Shown: positions 35,420 through 47,080 of the stretch, in pieces
Numbering within the stretch: the stretch's first letter is position 1
Layout: every line of letters starts with the position of its first letter
Origin: Mobula hypostoma
Lineage: Eukaryota
Assembly: GCF_963921235.1 (NCBI RefSeq)
Contig: NC_086098.1
Location: 6,944,001 to 7,008,000, forward strand
Reading direction: 5' to 3'
DNA: 64,000 bases
Notes under the pieces: generated by a model
The model's database searches: none
What the model saw: the letters and a program-made list of their open reading frames with translations, nothing else
What the model was told of the DNA's origin: nothing
Made by a program: the position numbers and the translations under genes

Positions 35420-36760
35420 GCAGAGGCGAGTGAAGACTGACCAGGGGCCCGGAGGCGAGTGAAGACTGGCCAGGAGTGCAGAGGCGAGTGAAGACTGGCC
35501 AGGAGTGCAGAGGCGAGTGAAGACTGGCCAGGAGCCCGGAGGCGAGTGAAGACAGGCCAGGAACCCGGAGGCGAGTGAAGACAGGCCAGGAGCCCAGAGG
35601 GGAGTGAAGACTGGGCAGGAGCGCAGAGGCAAGTGAAGACTGGCCAGGAGCCCGGAGGCGAGTGAAGACTGGCCAGGGGCCCGGAGGCGAGTGAAGACTG
35701 GCCAGGGGCCCGGAGGCGAGTGAAGACTGGACAGGGGCGCAGAGACGAGTGAAGACTGGCCAGGAGCCCGGAGGCAAGTGAAGACAGGCCAGGAGCCCGG
35801 AGGGGAGTGAAGACTGGGCAGGAGTGCAGAGGCGAGTGAAGACTGGCCAGGAGCCCGGAGGGGGGTGAAGACTGGGCAGGAGTGCAGAGGCGAGTGAAGA
35901 CTGGCCAGGAGCCCGGAGGCGAGTGAAGACAGGCCAGGAGCCCGGAGGGGAGTGAAGACTGGGCAGGAGTGCAGAGGCGAGTGAAGACTGGCCAGGAGCC
36001 CGGAGGCGAGTGAAGACTGGCCAGGAGCCCGGAGGGGAGTGAAGACTGGCCAGGGGCCCGGAGGTGAGTGAAGACTGGACAGGAGCCCGGAGGGGAGTGA
36101 AGACTGGACAGGAGCCCGGAGGCGAGTGAAGACTGCCCAGGAGCCCGGAGGTGAGTGAAGACTGGGCAGGAGCGCAGAGGCGAGTGAAGACTGGCCAGGA
36201 GCCCGGAGGCAAGTGAAGACTGGCCAGGAGCCCGGAGGCGAGTGAAGACTGGCCAGGGGCGCGGAGACGAGTGAAGACTGGACAGGAGCCTGGAGGGGAG
36301 TGAAGACTGGGCAGGAGCGCAGAGGCAAGTGAAGACTGGGCAGGAGCGCAGAGGCGAGTGAAGACTGGACAGGGGCGCGGAGACGAGTGAAGACTGGCCA
36401 GGAGCCCGGAGTCGAGTGAAGACAGGCCAGGAGCCCGGAGGGGAGTGAAGACTGGGCAGGAGTGCAGAGGCGAGTGAAGACTGGCCAGGAGCCCGGAGGC
36501 GAGTGAAGACTGGCCAGGAGCCCGGAGGCAAGTGAAGACTGGCCAGGGGCCCGGAGGTGAGTGAAGACTGGACAGGAGCCTGGAGGGGAGTGAAGACTGG
36601 ACAGGAGCCCGGAGGTGAGTGAAGACTGGCCAGGAGCCCGGAGGCGAGTGAAGACTGGACAGGAGCCCGGAGGTGAGTGAAGACTGGGCAGGAGCGCAGA
36701 GGCGAGTGAAGACTGGCCAGGAGCCCGGAGGCGAGTGAAGACTGGCCAGGAGCCCGGAGG
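35420..36760. repeat. 29-bp GC-rich minisatellite, ~46 copies (GAGGCGAGTGAAGACTGGCCAGGAGCCCG)
   Basis: Directly visible. It lies inside a minus-strand Rex1-type 3' remnant (flanks ~35225-35420 and 36760-36850). Confidence 0.97.
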
Positions 36761-37829
36761 GCACAGGGCAACAACTGTTCCTGAACCTGGGGTGTGGACC
36801 CAAGACCCCTGCTCCTCCCGCCTGACTGTAGTAGCGACAAGAGAGACATACAGGCGAAACACAGGTAGATGGCACTGGCAGGCACGGAGAAGTGAGCTGA
36901 GCTCTGGTTTGTTTTCCGCCTTAATCTGGCTTGGTGGTTTAATTGAGGTGAAGTAGTGAGGCTGACTATCGGTTCCTTTTCAGCTCTGGGGCCTCGATGC
37001 TTCCATCTGGCCTGAAGTCCGCTACAGTATTGGCCGTACCCACATTGTCATTCTGCAGTTGTCAATGGATTCCTCCTTTTTCAGCTTAGCAGCGGGGTTC
37101 ACCCTTAAACGGCTGATTCCAGGAAAAAATATGACTTTCATCCTGTACAGCCAAATCATAATTGCATATCTGAAATTCATATTTTTGCCCTGAGCAACAA
37201 TAATTACCTTTTTAATTTTTCTTGGATTTCAGCTTTATATTGTATGTTTATTCAATTTATTTGTTGATGCAGGTAGGTTGGTGGTTCAAAGGTCTGTAAA
37301 TCAGAACTTTGCTGATGTAGTTGGGGATGCACCTTGTAATATAATTACCTTCAGCTAGAGGATGGTGAATCTGTGGAATTCACTGCCGCAGGTGTCTGTG
37401 GAGGCCAAGTCATTGGGTATACTTAAAGTGGAGGTTAATAGGTTCTTGATTAGTCAGGATTAATTAGTATAGATTACATGGAAAAGGCAAGACAATGAGT
37501 TTGAGAAGGATAATAAATCAGCTATGGTGGAATGGTGGAGCAGACTTGATGGGCCGAATAGTCTAATTCTGCTCCTATATCTTATTCTTTTCTCATTGCT
37601 CACTGCAATACAATTACTTCAGAAACAATTTATCTGTTTTAAAAAAAAATAGGCTGTTACTGAGCCAGTTCAATTTCGCTACTGTCTGTAAGGAGCTTGT
37701 ATATCACTTTTGCTGCCAGCATTTAGCTTTGTGAGTGCTGGTAAAATTGGGATTCCCAAATGACTCCAGCCATGCCAACATACTGGCTGAACTTTCTCTG
37801 TGATCTCTTGACCATCCTCTGCTGGGCTC

Positions 37830-38545
37830 TGCCTGTAATGACACAGCCTAATGGGTCTGCCTCTACTACCACCACCACCCCTGAAGGGTGTTCCCCACCC
37901 ACTACTCTCTGTGTAAAATACTTAGCTCTCATATACCCCCTACCATGCCCCTTGCATTCGCCATTTCCACTCTGTGAATCCATTCTATCTATGCCTCTTA
38001 TCATCTTGAGCGCCTCTATCAAGTTATGTCCCATTCTCCTTTGCTGAAAAGAGAAAAGCCCTAGCTCGCTCAGTCTTTCCTCATAAGACATGCCCTTTTG
38101 TCCAGGGAGGATTCTGCTAATCTCCTCTGCACCCTCTCTAAATCTTCCACATCCTTCCTATAATGAGAGGACCAGACTGAACACAATGCTCCAAGTGTGG
38201 TCTAAACAGGGCTTTACAGAGCTGCAACATTACATTACAGTTCTTGATTTCAATCCCACGACAAATGAAGGCCAATACAACATATACCTTCTTAACCATC
38301 CAATCAACTTCGAGGAGGACATGGACCCCAAAATCCTCCTGTCCCTCCATACGCTAAGAATCTAGCCATCAACCCTGTATTCTGCCTTCGAGTTCTCCCT
38401 TCGAAAGTGAATCACTTTATACTTTTCCACTTGCCATCTCATCCAGGCAGAACCCTGCTAAATCTCCTCTGCTCTCTTTCTGAAGCTTCCACATGCTTTC
38501 TGTAATGAGGCAACCAGAATGAACGAGTGCAGTCTAGCCAGGTTT
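37830..38545 (-). mobile_element. Degenerate CR1 fragments
   Basis: YEERLSELGLFS and ALFRPHLEHCVQ motifs in ORFs 37723-38091 and 38138-38350. Confidence 0.8.
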
Positions 38546-38550
38546 TTATT

Positions 38551-38980
38551 CAGTACTGTGCAAAAGTTCTAGGCACATACCATATATATAGCTAAGGTGC
38601 CTAGACTTTTGCACAGTACTGTAGTAATTTTATGTATTGCCCTATACTGCCACAGAAAAAACAAACTTCATGACATACGTGATTGATGATTTGATGCGAA
38701 ACCTGATTCTGATATGGGTCTCTGTTGTGGACTGAGAGTGGGAAGTGGGCAGGGAGAGGGGAGTCATGGCTGGGAAAAGGGGAAGGGAGAGGGGAGGGAG
38801 CGGAAAGTACCAGAGAGACATTCTGTAAAGATCAATAAACCAAATGTTTGGAATCAAATGACCCTGCCTGATGTGTCAGGGCAGGGTGTGTCTGCACCCC
38901 TGCCAATACCCCCTGCACCTGGCACTCCTTCTCTGCTACCTGTCTCACACCCCTACTGCAGCACCCCGCCCTCACCATTC
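38551..38980. mobile_element. Second copy of the composite Tc1-type MITE; 71-bp palindromic mini-MITE at 38551-38621
   Basis: cagtactgtgcaaaagt...acttttgcacagtactg, followed by the reverse complement of 21975-22325. Confidence 0.75.
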
Positions 38981-39446
38981 CAGCAAGAAGTGAATATTCC
39001 ATCACTATCATAGCAATAGGCCAGCTACTGCACATTGCTGAAACCTACTCCACGATTTTAAAGGCATTACTTTCATGCCAAGTCTCTGTCCAGGCTCTAG
39101 GCTGGAGCTGCATTGAATGGTTCCCTTAAGGGTTGACATCCTATGGGTTCCTGATATCTCATTAACTGCATGGTATAGATCAGGGGTTCCCAAGCTAGGA
39201 TCCACAGACCCTTGGTTAAAGATACGGTTTGGGAATACCACTCTAGAGTAAGGCCCAGAGCCTGAGACCACTATTATGAAAGGCCACACACTGCACATTT
39301 TTTAAATTCCCTCTACAATTTAAATTCAAGTTCAAGTTTATTGTCGTCTGACTGTATATATATATATACAACCAAATGAAACAACGTTCCTCTGGACCGT
39401 GGTGCACCACAAAGCATGTATCATATTCAGCACATAAAACAAAATA

Positions 39447-40116
39447 CAGTCAGCCCTCCGTATCTGCGGGTTCCGCATCTGCGGATTCAACCAACCGCGG
39501 ATTGAAAATATTCAAGAGGAAAAACAGCCAGACAGTTCCAAAAAGCAAAACTTGAATTTGCCGCGTGCCGAGCACTACACTGAACCCACGCGAATGTAGT
39601 GATGTGTAGGCGTACCCTGCTGTAGTCTCCCGCCATCTCACAGATCCTCAGTCTCTCTCCAGCACTCGTTTGAGCATTGTCCACCTCACGTCTTGTTCGT
39701 TCGCTACGTGTGTTGTGAGTGAGAGGAAGGAGTTTAAGGCTAGTAAGGGATGGCTGGCTAGCTATGTAAAGTGCTACAGCCTCAAGAACTTAAAGATCAC
39801 GGGAGAATCGACATCGATGGGGCAGCATCAGCGTTTCCAGAAGAGCTACGATGGTTGTGTCTGTACTGAACATATACAGACTTTTTTTTTCTTGTCATTC
39901 TTCCCGAAACAATACAGTATAACAACTAGTTACATAGTATTTACATTGTATTAGGTATTATAAGTAATCTAGAGATGATTTAAAGTATATGGGAGGATGT
40001 GCGTAGGTTATATGCAAATACTATGCCATTTTATATAAGGGACTTGAGCATCCGCGGATTTTGGTGTCTGCGGGAGGTCCTGGAACCAATCCCGCACGGA
40101 TACTGAGGGATGACTG
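39447..40116 (+). mobile_element. Tigger/pogo element, MER2-like, with CENP-B-type HTH transposase remnant
   Basis: TIR CAGTCAGCCCTCCGTATC / GATACTGAGGGATGACTG with TA TSD. The empty site (aaaatattacc) is visible in a paralogous host copy at ~22459. Encodes EFKASKGWLASYVKCYSLKNLKITGES. Confidence 0.9.
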
Positions 40117-40752
40117 TATTACCACAAATAAATTAATAAATATCATTGAAAATGCTTATAGTACACAGAATACTTAAATGGTAAACAATAAACAGTACAG
40201 TGAACAGCTCACTGTCCTCGTGATGAAAGCGCGATGGAGGCAGGGTATTTATTAGTCTCACAGCTTGTGTTAAGAAGCTGTTACCCATTCTAGCAGTCCT
40301 AGTCCTGCTGCTCCTGTACCTCCTTCATGATGGTAGTAGGTCAAAGACATTGTGGGATGGGTGGTAGGGATCCTCAACAATGCTTTGAATCTTTCGTCTG
40401 AAACACTCCCGGTAAATGTCACAAATGGGGGGGAGGGTGACCCCGTGATCCCCTCAGTGGTTTTTACTGTCCTGTAGGCTCGTCTGGTCTGAAGCCTTGC
40501 AGCTCCCATAGCAGGCATGCATGAGGATTGGTGTGGAGGTGAGACGTCTGTGGAGAGTTGGGTGAAGAAAGTGCTAAGTTATTGGTTAGAAATGGTGGGG
40601 GTGTTAGGATCTGCCGTAGGAGTTGATGTTTTACTTGGGTTTTCCTTGTCCTTATGCTCCTGTACCTCCTTCCTAATGGTAGTGGGTCAGAGAGATTGTG
40701 GGGTGGGTGGTAGGGATGCTCAACAATGCCTTGAGGGAAATTTAGAAGCTAA

Positions 40753-41851
40753 CTAGACAATGGTGCGACCCGTTGGGGCACTTTTGAGAGAAGGGTAGTG
40801 CAGTCTGATGTGACCAGAATGAACGTTAAATTTTCCTGAATGCTATTGGTATCACTTTGCTTTGGAAACTGAAGTAGAAAACTTCAGTCTATTAAAGAAG
40901 AACGACACGTAGCAAAGCAAATATAGCTGCTCCTCATTTAACGAAGGACACCTGATGGCATTATTTCTGGTTTATTTGCCATCCTTGTGCCTCTCGTTGT
41001 CATTCTGGAGATGTGCAGTCCTTTCATCCCCCATCTCTTCATCTCTTCTGCTGTTTGTTGTTTGTCTCTGATCCTGGAGACGTGCACGCCTCTCCTCCTC
41101 TGTGTCTTCTTCTCTCATCTTTTTTTGTCCTGACTCTTGGATCCTGGAGTCATGCGGCCCTGGCCTCATCCGATTCTTGTTCTCTCCCTCTCCTTGCCGC
41201 TTCTGGACGACGTTTGGCGTCATCTCTTGACCATAATGCCCCCCTTCCCTTTCCATGTGGCAGAATTAGGCTGACCATTTTTTTTACCCTAATGCTGGAT
41301 AGAAGATACGAAACAGTAACACCAAAGGATGCTGATTATTCTTGATGATGTGGTTGGCGCTCTCCTAAATGGACGCGATATAGTCACTGCTGTCCTTTGA
41401 CTGCAGCAAAGGATTTTATGGGTGTTTCGAAGTACGTCATTACAATAAGATTTAATTTTCTCTTATTGATGGGTGGCAGTTTGATCTGTCCCAATCCTGC
41501 ACATGCTGATGGTGATTAGCAGAATGTGACCCCTCAAAATAGAGCTGCCCTGCCCTTTTGCTCCGGTAGGTGTTGCTGCTGAGGCTGGCCGTGCGTATGT
41601 GTTGGGCTGTGGCATCCCGATTTCCATGATGGCCGATTGGGTCTCGGGTTAAAAGGGAGCCTGTTTATTTTGGCGAATGAGAAATTTTATATGAATGTCT
41701 AACCCTGAACTTTGCCTGCATTCTGTAAGTTAGCGCATTTTAATTCGATTTAGCCAAAAAAAGTGCTGCTGTAATGCACCATTTGCGCTAATTGGAGGTC
41801 ACAAACAGACAAACAGACAGACAGAGCAAGAGATTTTTAGTAGTGTATAGA
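40753..41851 (-). mobile_element. Non-autonomous Helitron (1099 bp)
   Basis: Minus strand: A|TCTATACACTACTAAA...(TGTC/TGTT)n ... hairpin GTGCCCCAACGGGTCGCAC ... CTAG|T. 5'-TC, 3'-CTAG, AT target, no TSD. Confidence 0.85.
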
Positions 41852-42529
41852 TTTCAGAACACACCCATGATCAATCACTACGTTTCACAAAAGATTGAAG
41901 ACTACAGTGTTTGTGCATTTCTTCAGTGAGTTTCAAAAGCAAACAGTGTTGTGCTGAAGTTGTACGGGTTCTTTTCTACAAAGGGCCCGGCATTCATCTT
42001 ATCAGTCATGTCCAGTAAACATGACTTTTCAACCCAGTTCTTGGTAACTCTTTTTAGTGAGATAATGTGTGTTTCTACGCCACTTTTCCAAAGTAATGGG
42101 CTTCCTTTAGTGTTCGCACTAATGGAATTCTGATGGTACATTGGCCCCTGTTAGCTTCCAACAAACTGTTCAAATCAATTTAAAATTGTTCTTTAACATA
42201 GTTTGCCTTTGAGGAAAGGGAATTAGATGAATTGTTTTAGTGTTAGGCTCATAGGTTCTCATCATATATAAATGATTGCATGTTGGTACCTAACTATGTG
42301 ATTCTGTTATTTTTCTTTGAATTTATAGTGAATGCCTGAGAGAAATTGAATCTCAGGGTTGCATATGGTGACAATAATAAATTTACTTAGAGCATGCCTG
42401 TTGTGAGACAACTCTTTAATAGGTCCAAAGAGGAGCTTTTCAAATTTAAGGCAGTTGAATCCTATCCCTTCCACATCAGGGTAAGTAGCACATTCATGGC
42501 CTACTTTGTCAAACTGTTATTTCTGTAAC

Positions 42530-42875
42530 ATCAGAATCAAAATCAGAATCAGAATCAGATTTAACATCAATGGCATTTGGCATGACACTTGTTGTCTTTG
42601 TGGCAGGAGTACATTGCAATACATAATAATAGAAAAAAAATTTGAGTTATATATATTAAATAGTTCAATTAAATAAGTGGTGCTAAAAATTGAAACAAAA
42701 AAGTAGTGAGGTAGTGTTCTTGGGTTCAATTTCCGTTCAGAAATCTGATGGCAGAGAGGAAGAAGCTGTTCCTGAATCACTGAGTGTGTGCCTTCAGGCT
42801 TCTGTACCTCTTCCCTGATGGTAGCAATGAGAAGAGGGCATGTCCTGGGTGCTGGGGGTCTTTAATGATGAATGC
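42530..42875 (-). mobile_element. Rex1-type LINE 3' fragment
   Basis: Minus-strand RRYRSLKAHTQ*FRNSFFLSAIRFLN; (TCTGAT)n tail. Confidence 0.75.
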
Positions 42876-43609
42876 CTGTGATTGTCTGTGGATATTCAGG
42901 GCAAGCCCCATTCCATATCTGAGTACAAGCTTGGTATCTGTTTATAGATACAGCACGGAGCAGGCCCTTCTGGGTCACCGAGACACACTGCCCAGCAACC
43001 CACCTATTAAACCCTCAACTAGTCACAGGACAATTTACAATGATCAATTAACCCACGTCTTTGGACTGTGGGAGGAAACTGAAGCACCTGGAGGAAACCC
43101 ACATGTACACGGGAAGGACATATGAACTTTCTTACAGAGGACGCTGGAATTAAACTCCAAACTCCGATGCCTTGAGCTGTATAACAGTGGAAAAAGCCAC
43201 AGGGATATTCAGCTTCTGTGGCTGTCTATTATCATCCTAACTTTTAAACATGAAATAAACCCACTTCAAAACAGTGGAGCCTGGGGAGAATAAATAGTGA
43301 AAAGCAATTATGAAGATCTGCCACTTGTGTTTAGTTAATGTATTTATAAATGTATTCTGGAAAGCTGAAGGCTTCCAGAACAAAAAGGATTTTCCACTCC
43401 AATACGCATAAGGCAAGAAAAGATCGAGCGCTTTACAGTGTGACACGAGAGATTCTGTAGATATTGGAAATCTCGGGCAGCAAACACAAAACGCTGGAGG
43501 AACTCAGCAGTTCAGGTGATAGGTGGGGAGGGAAATAAACAGTCGACATTTAGAGCTGAGAACCTTCGTCGGGAATCTTAAACGAAGAAAGTGCCTGTGG
43601 ATAAAGATG

Positions 43610-43830
43610 ACATGGTAGCACAGTGGTTAGTGCAGCTCAGGGTGTCAGAGTTCGGAGTTACTTCTGGCACTGTCTGCATGGAGTTTGTCAATCCTGACAA
43701 TCATGTGGGTTTCCTCCGGGTGCTCCGGTTTCCTCCCACAGTCCAAAGACATACCGGTTAGTAGGTTAGTTGGTCATTGTAAATTGTCTCCTGATTAGGC
43801 TATGGTTAAAAAGGGGGGGTTGCTGGGTCA
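43610..43830 (+). mobile_element. V-SINE (HE1-like)
   Basis: A-box-like tagcacagtggttag; clean V domain gtgggtttcctccgggtgctccggtttcctcccacagtccaaagac. Further copies at 42940-43180, 52480-52630, 58850-59095 and 60990-61170 (all minus). Confidence 0.85.
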
Positions 43831-44209
43831 TAGAGTCATAGATAAATGTAGCACAGAAAGAGGCCCCTCAACCCACTTAGTCTTTGCCAAAGCCATTTAA
43901 ACCACCTTCTTCCATCGACCTGCATCAAAACCATGGCTCTCCATACCCCTACCGTTCCATTTACCTGTGCACATTCTCACTACCCTCTGAGTGAAATTCT
44001 GAGGGATGTGTCTCATTGGTCCGGAAAGGCCGGTTCCGCACAATATCTCTAATGAAGCAAAATCAATAGATACAAACGCTGGAGGTCTGAAATGTCGACT
44101 GTGCTTTTTTCTGTAGATACTGCCTGGCCTGCAGAGTCCTCCAGCATTTTGTGTGTGTGTGTTGCTTGGATTTCCAGCATCTGCAGATTTTCTCTCGTTT
44201 GTGAAAATA

Positions 44210-44450
44210 AATAGATAATGCGTCTCCGGAGATGGAGACTGATCAAACAAGGGGAGGGGGTGTCAGAAAGGAACCGTGAGGGTGGACTGCAAGTTGGAAG
44301 CAAAGTTGAAGAGCTCAGCATAGCTGCAGGAAGCAGCACCAATGCCTTTGTCATTGCAGCACGTAAGACGCTGGGGAGCATTGCTGGTGTAGGCTTGGAA
44401 CATCTAGCTGACCAAAAGGCAGGCAGGGCTGGGGCCCATGAAAGTGGCCG
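44210..44450 (-). mobile_element. Degenerate Penelope-like RT fragment flanked by + strand PLE tails
   Basis: Remnants MGPSPACLLV, QAYTSNAPQ, GIGAASCSYAEL and FNFASN match the PLE RT core region. Confidence 0.6.
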
Positions 44451-45540
44451 TGCCTGCTCCCTCTTGATGAAGGGCCTCAGCCCAAAACATCAACTGTTTC
44501 CCCCTCCATAGATGCTGCCTGACTTGCTGAGTGCCTCCAGCATTTTGTGTGCCTTGTTTATGATGACTGTCTTGACCTTTGAGTAGTTTTTGCTCTGTTT
44601 AATCAGTGAAGGCTGGGCTGTAAAGCATCGTGCTGTTACGCCAAAGTGCCACCCCACCATTTCCTACACAGATTCTGCAGATACCGTAAATCCTGAGCAA
44701 CACGCAGAAAACGCCGGAGGAACTCAGCAGGTCAGGCTGCTTCTATAGAGGGGAATAAACCATTGATGTTTCAGGCCAACCCAAGACGTTGACTGTTTAT
44801 TCATTTTCCTCCAGCATTAAGTGTGTGTTGCTGGAGTGGGTCACGAGATAGGTAGCTGGGTGGGGCAGGTAAGCTGGGTGGGGTCTGGTCAGCAGGTTGG
44901 TTTTGAGAAGATGTTGGGCTGGTTTGATAGATCAGTGTTGCAGGAAAGTGATTAATGGGTTATTTCATGCTCCTTATTGCTATTTATTTATATCTGCATT
45001 CGCAGTTTGTTACGGTTTCTAGTTCTTGATGTTTGCAGTTTACAGGAACTGTTCTATAGATTTGTTGAATGCGCGCAAGAAAAGAATCTCAGGGTTGTGT
45101 GTGGTGATGTATGTATACTGATAATAAGTTTTACTTTGAACTTTGAACTTTTGAACTTTATTGGGCCAAAGGCAGATATGGTAATACGTTATTAAATATC
45201 GGCATGTTCAGGAGTCAGAGTATCGAGCAGGAAGGAGGAACGAGGTCCGATGACCTCCTGGGAATGTGTATTGGTGAGACCAGAGTTCTAAGCTTAGTGT
45301 TCCGAGACCTGTCGTTAACAAGTCCAGAGTTCGAGACTTAGTTTACGGTGATAGATGTGCCTTGGAGACGGTGTCAATGTTTCGGGCTGAGACCCTTCAT
45401 CATGTTCCTACATAGAGGCTGGTGAAAGGTCTCGGCCCGAAACGTTGTCTGGTTAGTCCTCTCCGTAGATGCTGCCTGACCTGCTGAGTTGCTCCAGGAT
45501 TTCTGTGTGTTACTCTAGATTTCCAGCATCTGCAGAATCC

Positions 45541-45545
45541 CTCTC

Positions 45546-45585
<40 letters not shown>
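45541..45585. repeat. (CT)n microsatellite at the end of a PLE tail
   Basis: Directly visible. Confidence 0.95.
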
Positions 45586-45588
<3 letters not shown>

Positions 45589-46061
45589 TCATATAAGGAT
45601 TGGCCCTGTAAAGTCAATTTTCTGAGTAAAAACTCATTTTTCTGCATCAGTCTTTGAGCAGGCAAAGTTGGATCATGCAGCTGGCAAAATTGCATTTGCA
45701 GCAATAATTGCTCAGTTCCCATGACATCCACCTTGGTGGCTGGTTTTTCCGTCCCTTGCACATCTGGGTGCTAGCCAGATCGAGCATGTTTGATATTGAA
45801 TCTATATTTCTAGGCTCCATTCCTGCTTTGGCCGAACAGCTGGAAGTGAGAAAAGAAAATAACGACCTCTAGTTTCAGTAAACTGCAACTCTGCAGGGAA
45901 AGGCCAATATCTGAAAGGATCGATTTCAGACTCTTTTTCTAACACCATTGTGTTGCTGTTGCTCCTCTTCCAAATTCCCCTGGCTGGTTTTCGCAAAGCC
46001 AAAATTCTTAAAATGAGGCCCAGCCTGTCCTTGCATCATACATATGCTTCAGTTTCACACA

Positions 46062-46575
46062 GACTCAGTGACCAGTTTATTAGGTGCCTCCTGTATCTAA
46101 TAAAGTGGAAACTGGGCGTATGTTCATTGTCTTCGACATGTTGTACACTCTGTGATGCTCTCTGCACACCACTGTTATAACGTGTGGTTATTTGAATGAC
46201 GGTCGCCTTCCTGTCAGTTTGAGCCAGACTGGCCTTTCTCCTCTCATCTCTCTCATTAACAAGGCATTTTCACCCACAGAACTGCAGCTCACTGGATGTT
46301 TTTTCCCATTTTTCACACCATTCTCTGTAAACACTAGAAACTGTGTATGAAATTCCCAGGAGATCAGCAGTTTCTGAGATACTCAAAATACCCTGTCTGG
46401 CACCATCAGTCATTCTCCACAGTCAAATGTGATTTAGATCCGATTTTTCCCCCCATTCTGATGTTTGGTCTGAGCACCAACTGAACCTCTTGACCGTGTC
46501 TGCATGCTTTTACACAATGAGTTGTTGCCAATGATTAGCTGATTAGATATTTGCATTAACAAATAGGTGTACAGG
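46062..46575 (-). mobile_element. Tc1-type non-autonomous element
   Basis: Same family as 7937-8468, including the terminal mini-palindrome. Confidence 0.85.
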
Positions 46576-46824
46576 TGACCAATCACCTGTATTAAGGATC
46601 CCAGCCCGCCTCCCTCGGCAAATGATAAACATTTCTAGTGCAGAAAGGGTGGAGAACCAGTTTTGCAGGTTATAGAATCACAGAATCCCTGTGATAAGTT
46701 TTAATTAGATATAAGTAACTCCAATGTTGCAGCTATTCAGGAAACAGAAATCCATCAGTACAGAATTCACAAATCATTCCCTAAAAAGCTGGAAATATAG
46801 AATAGAATTTGTTCATGTAGGACA

Positions 46825-47080
46825 GGGGTGGTATGGTAGCATAGTGGTTAGCACAACGCTTTACAATACAGGCGACTCCTGTCTGTAAGGAGCTTGTATT
46901 CTCTCCCTGTGATCGCGTGGGTTTCCTCCGGGTGCTCTGGTTTCCTCCCACAGTCCAAGGACATACCGGTTGGTAAGTTAATTGGTCGTTGTAAATTGTG
47001 TTGGTTGTTAACACAGATGATGCATTTCACTGTATGTTCCGATGTAAGCATGGTAACTAAATCTGAATCTGAATCTGAAT
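46825..47080 (+). mobile_element. V-SINE with (TCTGAA)n tail
   Basis: tagcatagtggttagc head, clean V domain, ends aaatctgaatctgaatctgaat. Confidence 0.8.

Noticed and set aside
35420..36760. CRISPR-like array (29-bp repeats)
   Set aside because: The units are contiguous with no unique spacers, there are no cas genes, and the context is eukaryotic.
35324..36885. Three ~490-510 aa ORFs on the minus strand
   Set aside because: They are a by-product of a stop-free 29-bp minisatellite; there is no domain, splice context or codon-phase constraint.
40290..40735. ~80-bp direct repeat (40305-40388 vs 40655-40735)
   Set aside because: Both are pieces of the common Rex1-type LINE region, so they are not evidence of LTRs or a new structure.
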